The position numbers and the translations under genes were made by a program. A stretch of DNA of 64,000 nucleotides from Guillardia theta CCMP2712 (taxonomy: Eukaryota > Protista > Cryptophyta). The stretch is taken from NCBI RefSeq assembly GCF_000315625.1, contig NW_005434614.1, forward strand, positions 269,219 through 333,218. Direction: 5' to 3'. Below, piece after piece: positions 1 to 11,739 of this stretch (positions are counted from its first letter, which is position 1; every line of letters begins with the position of its first letter). The notes beneath the pieces are model-generated. The model did no database searches. It had not been told where the DNA came from and saw only the letters and a program-made list of their open reading frames with translations.

Positions 1-50
1 ATGGGATGGGATGGGATGGGATGGGATGGGATGGGATGGGATGGGATGGG
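1..50. repeat. (ATGGG)10 microsatellite, possibly truncated by the window edge
   Basis: Ten perfect ATGGG copies read directly. Confidence 0.95.
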
Positions 51-367
51 AGAGCAGGGGTCATTCTCCTGTACACGTGTGGATCAATGCAGTTACTTGA
101 CGGGAGGAGGAGAGATGACGTAGATGGAGCGAGGATGGGACGAAGGTGGTTGCATGTACAATAGTCTTGAGCAGGAGTGAAGATTTTATCAAGAAAGGAT
201 TTTGGACATTGAAGCTGAGGACCAGATTCATTTCTAGATCTACAGGAAGAACCTGATAATTAGCTCAGGGATATGTGAAATAGTATTACAAACGAAGTTC
301 TGCATAGCGGACTAAAATGGCAGAGTCCCATAGCTATTGCCTTAATCTCACCTCTTATCCCTTCAGG

Positions 368-3300
368 ATGTCGAGGACAGCGAGAGACTATCGCAAACCA
401 GCGGACTCGTCTCGGTCAGCCTCAAAACTTTTCGATGGGTTTCAATCTCCATCTTGGGACCCTGCTGTCTCTTCGCTTGATGTTTCCGGCGAGCACTCAG
501 GGTCTTCCAGCAAGATGTACGTCTCTGTGCTTGGTCTTTTCTCCTCCCGATCGACCTTTCACCTCAGGCTTGCGTTGCTGTACGAGGAGCGGGAGGAGAA
601 GCGGCGGCTGCTGCACTTGATGAGGTCAGCAGGAAGTGAAGGCGGTAGCCTGCAAAGATCCGACTCGTCTCGCACCCAACGACATCCCTTGTGGTCCAAG
701 ACCCCCCGGTCGAGCGCTCTCGAAGATCCTCCCTCGACCCCGCAAGACTCAGTGGTAGCCTACGAATTTTGACGCAGTCGTGCTGATGGATCTGTCCACA
801 GAGGAATGGCGACGCTGAGGGCGGAGGCTTCGGCTTCCCCAATCGAATCCTCTCTCTCTTTTCCACCTCCAAGAATTCGGACAGCATCAACCGCCAAGAC
901 CCATCGACCGGTATGATGACCTTGATGTTTCCCTCTGTACCGTGAAGGCTGTATCTAGGTACCAACATGGAGGACCTGGGCAAGAAGTACTTCAAGTTCA
1001 GGAACAAGAGTGACCATGCCGACGACGAGCTTGAAGCAGCTTTGAGCCAAGTAGAAGTGCTTCAGCAGGTGGACGCGCTGATCTCGAATGATTTTTTGGT
1101 CGCTCATCTTTGAAGCAGGTCCAGGCGAAACTTGAGAAAGCGCTAGAAGAGGAGCGACGCCAGTCGTTGAGGAAAGACTATCAAATCAACGACCTGAAAC
1201 GTGAGCCTTGCTCGGCAAGCCCCTCACCGCTGACAAGCTTCCCTCTAGGTGAGAGGAAGCTGCTAGTGGACAAATGCGTCAGCCTGGGATCAGGAGCAGC
1301 AGACTCTCGCTCTGGCGACAGTCTTCTGACGCCTGCGAAGACCAACGTGAATGATCCTGGCATGTTGCACTCGCAGCAAGTCCAACGAGATAACCAAAAC
1401 AAATCAATAGCCGACAATTTTGAATTGAGAAGACCGAATAAGGATCAGCTTGATCTTGAGGCAGCGTTGAAGCATATTCAGGACTTAGAAGCAGCTCTGA
1501 GTCAAGAAAGGAAGGAGAAGGATCATGCCATTGAGAGACAGATTCAACTTCAGAAGATTGTCTCGCAAAATGTCTCCCTGATCAAAGAAGATACAATCAA
1601 GGCTAAACAAGGAGCAAGAGAGCAAAGCAATGCCAGCCCCAAACAAACCTCAACTCCCAGCTTTTCACTACATTCCGCCCTTACCCAAGAGAAATATTTA
1701 CATGAAGAGCTAGGGAAAGCTAAAGAAGAAATGAAAAAACTCAATGAGGAGTTGCAGAAAAAAGAACTAATGGTTTCTGAGCAACGCAAGGAAATTGAGC
1801 GATTGAAGGCCGACATGAAAAATCTCGATACTGATTCCAAGAATTCAATGGAAAAAACTTTGCTGTATCATACAGAAGAATTGAAAAAACTTCAAGACGA
1901 AACGACAAACAGCAAGAGGCAAAGAAATGAAGAAAACGAGCGACATCAACAAGAGGTGAAGGCTCTACAAGCGCAGCTGGAGGCGGCAAGGAAGGAGGCA
2001 GGCCAGGCAGAGAAGAGCAAGGATGAGAAGACAGCCGAGCTGGAGAAGGCTGTAGCGGCGGCACAATCGAGTGCGAAGGAGGCGGAAGCGACGAAGAACG
2101 CGATTGCGCTGGATCTTGAGGAGGCGATGACAGCGCTCAAGTCTCTACACCTGGCGATCTGCCGTCAGGGACCAGCTCCGGCAGTGGGAGGGATCGGAGT
2201 AGCGCTGGGGACGGAGACGATGAAGCTGCAAGGGAAGTCAAGGAAGGTGGTGAAGATCAACCAGATGGCGACGACGGGACCCGCAGCTCAGAGCGGGGCG
2301 GTGAAGGTAGGAGACGTGATCCTGGAGCTAGACGGGCGAGACGTGACATCGCTGGACGTGAAGTCGGTGAAGGAGCTGACCAAGGGAGTGACGGGATCGC
2401 CGCTGCGGCTCAAGGTGCTTCGAGGAGGGGCAGCGCACGACGTGGTGATCCGGAGGTCAGACCTGGTGTCTGGGTCACTGCCAGCAAGCAGCGATGCTGG
2501 GAGCTCAGTCGGGGGCTCGAGCGGGGCTATGCCTCAAGGGGGAGCAGGGAGAGAGCCAAGCGCGTCAGAGAGGGGCAAGGAGGGATGCGAGGCGGCGGCG
2601 GTGCTGTACGAGGAGCTGGAGAAGCTCCGCGCGGGAGTAGAAGCGTCGGCGAAGGAGCTGAGCGACGCGCGGGAGGAGCTGAGCAAGGCTCGGGAGCAGG
2701 GAGCAGCAGGAGAAGGGAAAGCAGCGAGCCTGGAGCGGGAGGCAGAGGCAGCGAAGGCAGAGCTGGAGAAGGCAGCAGGGAGGGCGCGGAGCCTTGAGGA
2801 GGAGGTGAAGGCTCTACAAGCGCAGCTGGAGGCGGCAAGGAAGGAGGCAGGCCAGGCAGAGAAGAGCAAGGATGAGAAGACAGCCGAGCTGGAGAAGGCT
2901 GTAGCGGCGGCACAATCGAGTGCGAAGGAGGCGGAAGCGACGAAGAACGCGATTGCGCTGGATCTTGAGGAGGCGATGACAGCGCTCAAGTCTCTACACC
3001 TGGCGATCTGCCGTCAGGGACCAGCTCCGGCAGTGGGAGGGATCGGAGTAGCGCTGGGGACGGAGACGATGAAGCTGCAAGGGAAGTCAAGGAAGGTGGT
3101 GAAGATCAACCAGATGGCGACGACGGGACCCGCAGCTCAGAGCGGGGCGGTGAAGGTAGGAGACGTGATCCTGGAGCTAGACGGGCGAGACGTGACATCG
3201 CTGGACGTGAAGTCGGTGAAGGAGCTGACCAAGGGAGTGACGGGATCGCCGCTGCGGCTCAAGGTGCTTCGAGGAGGGGCAGCGCACGACGTGGTGATCC

Positions 3301-6300
3301 GGAGGTCAGACCTGGTGTCTGGGTCACTGCCAGCAAGCAGCGACGCTGGGAGCTCAGTCGGGGGCTCGAGCGGGGCTATGCCTCAAGGGGGAGCAGGGAG
3401 AGAGCCAAGCGCGTCAGAGAGGGGCAAGGAGGGATGCGAGGCGGCGGCGGTGCTGTACGAGGAGCTGGAGAAGCTCCGCGCGGGAGTAGAAGCGTCGGCG
3501 AAGGAGCTGAGCGACGCGCGGGAGGAGCTGAGCAAGGCTCGGGAGCAGGGAGCAGCAGGAGAAGGGAAAGCAGCGAGCCTGGAGCGGGAGGCAGAGGCAG
3601 CGAAGGCAGAGCTGGAGAAGGCAGCAGGGAGGGCGCGGAGCCTTGAGGAGGAGGTGAAGGCTCTACAAGCGCAGCTGGAGGCGGCAAGGAAGGAGGCAGG
3701 CCAGGCAGAGAAGAGCAAGGATGAGAAGACAGCCGAGCTGGAGAAGGCTGTAGCGGCGGCACAATCGAGTGCGAAGGAGGCGGAAGCGACGAAGAACGCG
3801 ATTGCGCTGGATCTTGAGGAGGCGATGACAGCGCTCAAGTCTCTACACCTGGCGATCTGCCGTCAGGGACCAGCTCCGGCAGTGGGAGGGATCGGAGTAG
3901 CGCTGGGGACGGAGACGATGAAGCTGCAAGGGAAGTCAAGGAAGGTGGTGAAGATCAACCAGATGGCGACGACGGGACCCGCAGCTCAGAGCGGGGCGGT
4001 GAAGGTAGGAGACGTGATCCTGGAGCTAGACGGGCGAGACGTGACATCGCTGGACGTGAAGTCGGTGAAGGAGCTGACCAAGGGAGTGACGGGATCGCCG
4101 CTGCGGCTCAAGGTGCTTCGAGGAGGGGCAGCGCACGACGTGGTGATCCGGAGGTCAGACCTGGTGTCTGGGTCACTGCCAGCAAGCAGCGATGCTGGGA
4201 GCTCAGTCGGGGGCTCGAGCGGGGCTATGCCTCAAGGGGGAGCAGGGAGAGAGCCAAGCGCGTCAGAGAGGGGCAAGGAGGGATGCGAGGCGGCGGCGGT
4301 GCTGTACGAGGAGCTGGAGAAGCTCCGCGCGGGAGTAGAAGCGTCGGCGAAGGAGCTGAGCGACGCGCGGGAGGAGCTGAGCAAGGCTCGGGAGCAGGGA
4401 GCAGCAGGAGAAGGGAAAGCAGCGAGCCTGGAGCGGGAGGCAGAGGCAGCGAAGGCAGAGCTGGAGAAGGCAGCAGGGAGGGCGCGGAGCCTTGAGGAGG
4501 AGGTGAAGGCTCTACAAGCGCAGCTGGAGGCGGCAAGGAAGGAGGCAGGCCAGGCAGAGAAGAGCAAGGATGAGAAGACAGCCGAGCTGGAGAAGGCTGT
4601 AGCGGCGGCACAATTGAGTGCGAAGGAGGCGGAAGCGACGAAGAACGCGATTGCGCTGGATCTTGAGGAGGCGATGACAGCGCTCAAGTCTCTACACCTG
4701 GCGATCTGCCGTCAGGGACCAGCTCCGGCAGTGGGAGGGATCGGAGTAGCGCTGGGGACGGAGACGATGAAGCTGCAAGGGAAGTCAAGGAAGGTGGTGA
4801 AGATCAACCAGATGGCGACGACGGGACCCGCAGCTCAGAGCGGGGCGGTGAAGGTAGGAGACGTGATCCTGGAGCTAGACGGGCGAGACGTGACATCGCT
4901 GGACGTGAAGTCGGTGAAGGAGCTGACCAAGGGAGTGACGGGATCGCCGCTGCGGCTCAAGGTGCTTCGAGGAGGGGCAGCGCACGACGTGGTGATCCGG
5001 AGGTCAGACCTGGTGTCTGGGTCACTGCCAGCAAGCAGCGACGCTGGGAGCTCAGTCGGGGGCTCGAGCGGGGCTATGCCTCAAGGGGGAGCAGGGAGAG
5101 AGCCAAGCGCGTCAGAGAGGGGCAAGGAGGGATGCGAGGCGGCGGCGGTGCTGTACGAGGAGCTGGAGAAGCTCCGCGCGGGAGTAGAAGCGTCGGCGAA
5201 GGAGCTGAGCGACGCGCGGGAGGAGCTGAGCAAGGCTCGGGAGCAGGGAGCAGCAGGAGAAGGGAAAGCAGCGAGCCTGGAGCGGGAGGCAGAGGCAGCG
5301 AAGGCAGAGCTGGAGAAGGCAGCAGGGAGGGCGCGGAGCCTTGAGGAGGAGGTGAAGGCTCTACAAGCGCAGCTGGAGGCGGCAAGGAAGGAGGCAGGCC
5401 AGGCAGAGAAGAGCAAGGATGAGAAGACAGCCGAGCTGGAGAAGGCTGTTGTTCGTGTACAGAAAGAAATGAGCTCTTGCTTTTCGATGTCTATCTCTCA
5501 GCTTAAGTCTTCTTTCCAGTCGATCGTCTCATCCTTGTTCTCGAAGGCACTCATGTTGGAACAGGAAGTAGATCTGATTGCCAGGCAGTACCATGAGGAG
5601 AGAAGCTGCTTTTCGACAGGACAGAAGAATTTGGAAGATGCGAATGCAAGATGTGAAGAGTTGACAGCGAGGTGTGAGAGACTGGAGGACTTGCTGCGGG
5701 TTTCCGATGCAGCGAAGCGAGAGCTTGAGGCTCAGGTCAATGCCAAGGAGGAGAAAGTGGAGGCGTTGGCTAAGGAGATAGAGAATGCCAAGTCGTTGGC
5801 CAAGAAACTTGCATCCTCGCACAAAGAGGGCAACCAAGCAGTTCGGCAACTGGAAAGTGACAAGGCGGGGGCTGAAGAGAAGTTGAACAAGCTCCAAGCA
5901 GAGTACGAGGAGTTACAGAAAGAAGCGAGTTCAAGGCAGGCAGGATTGGAGGCCGAGGTTGAGAGTCTTGGAGGGAAGCTGTCGAGGCTTGAGGCGCACT
6001 GCGAGGAGACGGAGCAGCAGCTTCGCGAGTCTCATGACAAGTTTTCGCGGGTCTCTCTTGACCTGGGCGAAACCATGAAAGCGCTGACTAGTCTGCACGC
6101 GACGATCGCCGAGGCGGAGGAGAGAGCTCTGGGAGGCATCGGAGTTGCGATCTCTCAAGGTCAAGAGGAGGAGCCGGTCAAGATCTGTCAAATTGCTCCT
6201 GGGAGTCCAGCGGCAGAGAGCGAGCGGGTGAAAGCAGGAGATGTCATTCTCAGCTTGGACGGGATCCAAGTCGCTCAGCTCGGGGTCCGCAGGATTCGGC

Positions 6301-7145
6301 AGATGATCAAGGGCCCAGTCGGTTCACCGCTCACGATCAAGTGCAGGGCTGGGGACCGTGACGAGGAGTACCAAGTGACTTTACAGCGTTATATCCCCAC
6401 CGGCGACACTTCAGGCCAGCAGGCGGTGGAGCTGATGAGCAAGTCTGGGTGCGAGACGGTCAAGAAGCTAGTCAAGGAGATGGAGGCTCTGCGTGAGCTC
6501 GCCTTGCAGGATGACACAGCTGCTGGTGCGAGGCACGGGCTGCTCGCGTTGACGGCTGAGCAGGAGAGTCTGAAGCACAAGATCCAACTCTGCCTGCAGT
6601 TGTTGGAGGGCACGAAGACTTGGCTGCACGCGTCGCACCCCAAGGACAGTGAGATAGCGCGACGAGCTGCCTTGGAGAACAGCGAGCTTCTCCGCATCCT
6701 CCAGGACGTCAGCTCAGAAGCAGCTGAGGGCGACGAGGCGAGGTCGGTCGTGTCGGACACCAGCTTGACCTCTGCCGCTACCAACACCTCAGCTGGCCGC
6801 ATGTGCGGTGTTGGTATGCGAGTGACGAACTCGACGCCCCATCGCGTCGTCTCCTTCCTGCCCCACGGGCCCGTCGGTCGCTCTGGCCAGGTGAAGGTTG
6901 GAGACTTCCTGGTCGCCATCGATGGCGAGTCTATAGTGAACAAGAGCATCAAAGAAGTTCGGAGGATGATGACGGGAGTCGAGGGCTCCGAAGTTGAGAT
7001 CAAGTTCGCGTCTACTAAGAATGGTGAGCAGTCGACATACTCGGTCACAATAGTACGCGAACAGCCGGTTGCTACCGGTAAGTGAGGAGGTAAGAGAGTG
7101 CGGGAGCACTCTGCGGAGTCGAGCTTGACAGGCTACTTGAAGTAA
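368..7145 (+). CDS. Large coiled-coil protein with six PDZ domains (multi-exon; main exon inside ORF 1110..7085)
   Basis: The PDZ signature GGIGVAL...GPAAQSGAVKVGDVILELDG...GSPLRLKVLR occurs four times. Two divergent PDZs follow (GGIGVAI...GSPAAESERVKAGDVILSLDG; CGVGMRV...GQVKVGDFLVAIDG), separated by E/K/A heptad-rich segments. Probable ATG at 368, with short introns (e.g. 517-567, 1201-1248). A last intron from GTAAGT at 7077 to 7131 gives the C-terminus ...ATGYLK* at 7145. Confidence 0.85.
1953..5449 (+). repeat. Coding tandem repeat, 849-bp (283-aa) unit x ~4.1, each unit coiled-coil plus PDZ
   Basis: GAGGTGAAGGCTCTACAAGCG starts at 1953, 2802, 3651, 4500 and 5349. Only two variable positions were noticed. 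Confidence 0.97.
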
Positions 7146-7147
7146 AT

Positions 7148-7230
7148 TGTTGATAAACTACATGCAGAGAAAGCTGTTGATAAACTACATGCAGAGAAAG
7201 CTGTTGATAAAACTACATGCAGAGAAAGCT
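7148..7230. repeat. 27-bp tandem repeat x3 (TGTTGATAAACTACATGCAGAGAAAGC) between two convergent stop codons
   Basis: Read directly. The third copy has one extra A. Confidence 0.95.
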
Positions 7231-8046
7231 TCAAGCTACTGAGCTCTCCTCCTCCTCCACGCCATCCGCCTCGCTGCTGATCCGCACCAGACCTTCAGTC
7301 TGCATCAACGTGAACTGACTGGACGAGGAGGACCAGAGGTCAAGCCACTCCTCCTGCCCCTCCTCTCTCTGCGTCTCCTTCTCCGTCGCGTTCTGCACCT
7401 CCTTGACGCCTCTGATTCCCATCATCGAGATCCTTGCCGGCTTCCACGGGCCCCAGCGGCTCTGCAGGTGAGAGTTGAGCTTGTGCGTGCACCTGTTGCT
7501 GCACCGTCCGTCCTCGTCCAGAAGAGCCTCGACCCAGCTGATGTCAACCCCACGAGGAGACTTCCCGCCTGTCCCTTCAGCCATCGGCGCGTGAGGCGAA
7601 GAGACCTTGCTCACGTCTTGCAGCACTGCAGTTCTCAGCTTGTCCATGTCCTCACTCCTCACGGCCCTGCTGGAGTTTTCCTCCACCTGCTCCTTGTGGA
7701 TCAAGCTGGACAACGTGGAAGCCCCAGAGATCTTTGGTAGGAGCGAGCCTCCAGGGCCTCGGGCGGACGAATTCAGAGCAGCCTCTATGTTGGAAGCTGC
7801 GTCATTCAGTCCAGCGCTGCTCCATCCCCACTTCCCCCGCCTCTGCTCCACCCACGGTGACTTGCATCGCTCCTTCCAATAAAGGAAATCCCCACTGATG
7901 GCCGGAGGCTCCGGCATGTCCGACTTTCGTCGATCAGCTTCAGGCGTCAAGCCATCACGAGCAGCCGCGGCAGCTGACTCGGGACCCTCGTTGGAGTCCA
8001 ACGACCTCGACCAGATCCCCGTCTTCGTCCATAGCGCCCAATCCAC
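7231..8046 (-). CDS. Low-complexity terminal exon, probably the 3' part of the TZF gene upstream on the minus strand
   Basis: 271-codon ORF that does not begin with ATG. Spliceable exons at about 8180-8290 and 8335-8502 link toward the zinc-finger exons, but the last junction was not resolved. Confidence 0.5.
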   Translation of the reverse strand: MDWALWTKTGIWSRSLDSNEGPESAAAAARDGLTPEADRRKSDMPEPPAISGDFLYWKERCKSPWVEQRRGKWGWSSAGLNDAASNIEAALNSSARGPGGSLLPKISGASTLSSLIHKEQVEENSSRAVRSEDMDKLRTAVLQDVSKVSSPHAPMAEGTGGKSPRGVDISWVEALLDEDGRCSNRCTHKLNSHLQSRWGPWKPARISMMGIRGVKEVQNATEKETQREEGQEEWLDLWSSSSSQFTLMQTEGLVRISSEADGVEEEESSVA

Positions 8047-8549
8047 CTGCTGAGCTCCCTCGACCTGCTGCTTGTAAGTTGCGAGCTTTCGGGATCACGT
8101 GACGGGCTCACCTCAGGCGCGGGGTGGTTAGCAGGGAGTGCGAGGGAGTCGGAGGAGTGGAGAAGGTCCTGGCGTTACCAAGCGCGTCAACTTCTGCCAC
8201 CTCAATCGCCTCCAGGAGACCTCCGAGTGCGACAATGCGTGAACCGTTGAAGTCGACGAGGAGCAGCTGAAGGCGGTGGAGTCAACCTGCAAGCGCAAGT
8301 TCATCCCTGCCAACCGTCGCGTTCCTCGTCTACCGTGCCCGATGATCCTGGGCTGCCGCACTCGACGAGCTTGTCATGAACTTCTTCTTCAGGGAAATGG
8401 CAGAGAATATACTCCACCACCCTCGGATCGAAGGAGAGAAATTGATCCATAGCCTTCCGCTGCATTGCTCGCATCTTCCGCCGGGAACATTTCAGAGTTG
8501 ACCTGTCAGCCTCTTTCAGTGCTGTGAAGTTTCACAAGCAGGTCCCTAC

Positions 8550-9764
8550 CCATCTATAACTTCTCCCGTGGGTTTTCTCAGTTGATCTTCAGAGTGCCTG
8601 CCCTTCACTTCAGCATCAAACAAAACCAATAAATTTCCCTACGCGAAGAAGCAGATCATGCGGTTACATGCCTTCCCTTTGCTGCAAAGGGTTGTTCGAT
8701 ACCTGCAAGATGGTGAGACAAGGCAGCCTGACAGCTTCGAGGGGACGCAACCTCTGGGGATGCAAGCCTCGCTCCCACACGCCATGAGCAAACAGGCATT
8801 TCTCTCCTCTGGAGCATCTCATGTTCTTCTCGTACTCTGCGCAAGGATTGGCAGAATGAGTTGCCGGGTTTCTCCTGACAGGAAGGGATATTCAGTGAAG
8901 ACCTTCAAAAGTGAGCGACTTCCTGACCTCTTGGCGATTTCTCCTTCGTGAGTGTATCGGCATTGCGTCCAATCATGAGGTGATGGATCCGGACACATCC
9001 GCAGTTTGAAGACATACATGACTTCGACATCTTCCATCTTCTCTTTGCTAAAGATCGAGTTGGCTGCAAACCTGATCTGAGAAACAACCTCGGGGTCCAA
9101 AGAATCGAACAATCGGGAATTCTTTACTTCTGTGTTCACTTGCGAACTCAGAGGTTCCATGTCATCATCAGGAATGGGCTGCAACTCGCAGTTTTCGTAA
9201 TCTATCTCTTCAAAGATGCTTTGGAGCGCACATTGTTCCAAGCATTCCTCAAACTTCTCGGTAACCCTCGAAGAATTTTCCCCCGATGATTGAAGCTGGT
9301 TTGTTTTCGCACTGGATGGTGAACGCCATGTTGTCTTGGGTGGCGTTACCCAGGAATGCGGAAGGAGGACACTCAACTGTCCCGGATCTAACATGGAGCC
9401 GAACATTGTATCAACTTTGATCTCCAGTCAAAAACGAGGCCAAACTGCTGATGAGTTGTTGAAGCAACAAAGCGCCTACCAATTATCCTTTATAATCTGT
9501 GCGTGTTGAATTACAATGTCCTGAGCACGACCCAACTCCTGGCAGGAAACCATCTTTCTGATCATCATCTCGGAGAAGAGGCTTGGGATCACAAGCCTCC
9601 CTGAATCCAAAAGTCAGTGGTGGATTGCGGTACTTAAACGAACCGTGACAGCCCTGAGGAAAGCTATGTTGCAAACTTAACTCGATCTTGTCTACTTCGA
9701 TATAGTCTTCCTTCACTGTTTCAATCAACCGCCGACCAAGTGTGTTGCTCATACTCATTTGCAC
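8550..9764 (-). CDS. RR-TZF-type tandem CCCH zinc-finger RNA-binding protein
   Basis: Removing introns 8875-8927, 8703-8751 and 8598-8642 gives MYVFKLRMCPDPSPHDWTQCRYTHEGEIAKRRNPATHSANPCAEYEKNMRCSRGEKCLFAHGVWERGLHPQRYRTTLCSKGKACNRMICFFAHSEDQLR. This is CHCH plus C-x8-C-x5-C-x3-H-x16-C-x5-C-x4-C-x3-H. The 5' end is uncertain. Confidence 0.9.
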
Positions 9765-10793
9765 ATTCTGTCTGCCCTCTATTCCAACGACGGTTCTAAG
9801 TTATCCACTAAAGAGACCATGCAAGACCCTCGTCTCCCAGATCTCGTCTTGACTTGCTCTTTACAATCGATGTTAGCAATTCCTTCCCGATCCGATGTAA
9901 CATGTTCTAGTTTTACAGCACATTCTTGAATCGTTTTTCGGTCTCTTCTCTTGTCCTGAATGGTTTCCTTGTGCTTTTGCAGTGTTTCGCTCCTAATCTT
10001 GTCTTTTCCTTACATCTTGTTGTTTTCGCTTGGTAAAGCTATTCTGCTCTCGCTATGTTCTCTACAGAACGTGATCTTCTCTGCCCCCCTACATCTCTGC
10101 TCTTGTACCCCCTTTCGCTCCCTTCCATTCCATTGGCTGCTTGTTTCGCCATGATTTAGATTCAGTTTCATTCATAGCTCCTGCGCTACTACCCCTACGG
10201 ACAGACCCTTCCAACCCACCCCTATTTCCAACTCTCGACTACCCTGACCACTTCCACCCCTCGTTTCTAGGGTCCTTACTAGTGGATTTGACTACCCTCT
10301 ACTACCTACAACACTACCGGTACCTACAACTTTACCCCCACCCCACCCTCCATCTGTTTCTTTCTTTTCCTTTTTTTGCCCCACCTGTTGCTCTCGGACA
10401 TTTTATAACCAGTGGCTCACGTTCGCAACCCTCAATTCCATCAAGTACCCCACCCCCTTCTTTCCTGCCTTTTGGCACTCTCTAGACCCCCTTCACAAAC
10501 CATCCTTGACCACCCACCCCTCCTGAAAACTTAAAATATCAAAATGACCCTTTATATCATTAAAATTATTTAAAAAGTCCAAATAGTACAAATAGATTCT
10601 ACCAGTCACTGATTCAAAATGTACAAAAATCAAATCATAAAATTGTAATTTGTAGATCAGAATGGACCCATAGCTAAAAAGAGCGGCTATAAAACATAGT
10701 TTACCGTACAGTGCTATATTGTACTGTACTACTGTACATCCTCCAGTACTGTCCTATGTACAAGTGAGATCGCGGCGAACAACCTTTGAGTAG

Positions 10794-10848
10794 TTTTAGT
10801 CTTTCTTAAAAAGTAATTTTAGTCTTTCTTAAAAGTCTTTCTTAAAAA
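10794..10848. repeat. Short imperfect repeat of AGTCTTTCTTAAAA x3 at the edge of an AT-rich island
   Basis: Read directly. Confidence 0.7.
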
Positions 10849-11234
10849 GGATCCGATGATCCGATGAGGCGGGCCTGTTCTTCGAGTTCAGTGACGCGAC
10901 CGGGACCGGGAGACTGACGGCCCGGCCCGTCACTGAGAGTCATAAAAATCGCCCAACCGGAAACTTCCGAAACAGTCCAGTTCCTATGACCTCCCTAGGA
11001 GCCCCCTAGACCGTACTAGGACCTGAAAAGGACAGTACGGAGGCAATTTTAGGACTACCCTACCCCCACTATGACCAGACATTGGACCCCCTTTCGGGGA
11101 GGCATATCCTCAAATTGTACCCTACCCGTGGTTCCTGGTTTCAACCACCCGTGTGTCATGCCTATGCTGACTTGATGCGTGTGGTAGGGGTCGGAGGGAG
11201 ATGGGAAGAGGGGGAGGGAGAGAGGGGCATGCAA

Positions 11235-11236
<2 letters not shown>

Positions 11237-11265
<29 letters not shown>

Positions 11266-11338
11266 TGTATGTACATGTACGATCTATGTATGTAATGTAT
11301 GTATGCATGTATGTATGCGTGCATGTGGGATCTATGTA
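11237..11338. repeat. (TATG)n microsatellite, degenerate at its 3' end
   Basis: Read directly. Confidence 0.9.
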
Positions 11339-11739
11339 GAGAACGTGTGGAAGATGGATGGGTGGTAATGGACGGGGGACGAAAGGGAGGGGATGGAAGT
11401 GAAAGAAAGGAGCGGAAAGGAGGGATCTGTGGTGAAGGAAGTAAAGCATGAAAGCACCATGTTTGTTTATCAGACAGATCTTTTATTATTGTCTCTGATC
11501 TTTTGGTATTGAAATCGTTTTTTTGTTGTCTATGATTCTTTGGTATTGAAATCGTTTTTTGTTATTGAAATCGTTTTTTTGTTGTCGCTGACCTGGTTCA
11601 TGCAGATGCATATCGTCTGCTGGTTTCAACTTGAGGAACATCTGAGTGCATTACGATGCCACACTGATATGGAAGCCGAGAAGATTCTCTCTGATAGAAC
11701 AGATGAATTTTTGTTTGCTCGAGTCTCCTCCAAGGTACC

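Noticed and set aside
1-50. (ATGGG)n as a telomere
   Set aside because: It is not a TTAGGG/TTTAGGG-type unit, and simple repeats are ubiquitous in this window.
2527-5416. Repeated minus-strand and alternate-frame ORFs with 849-bp spacing
   Set aside because: They are shadows of the coding PDZ repeat.
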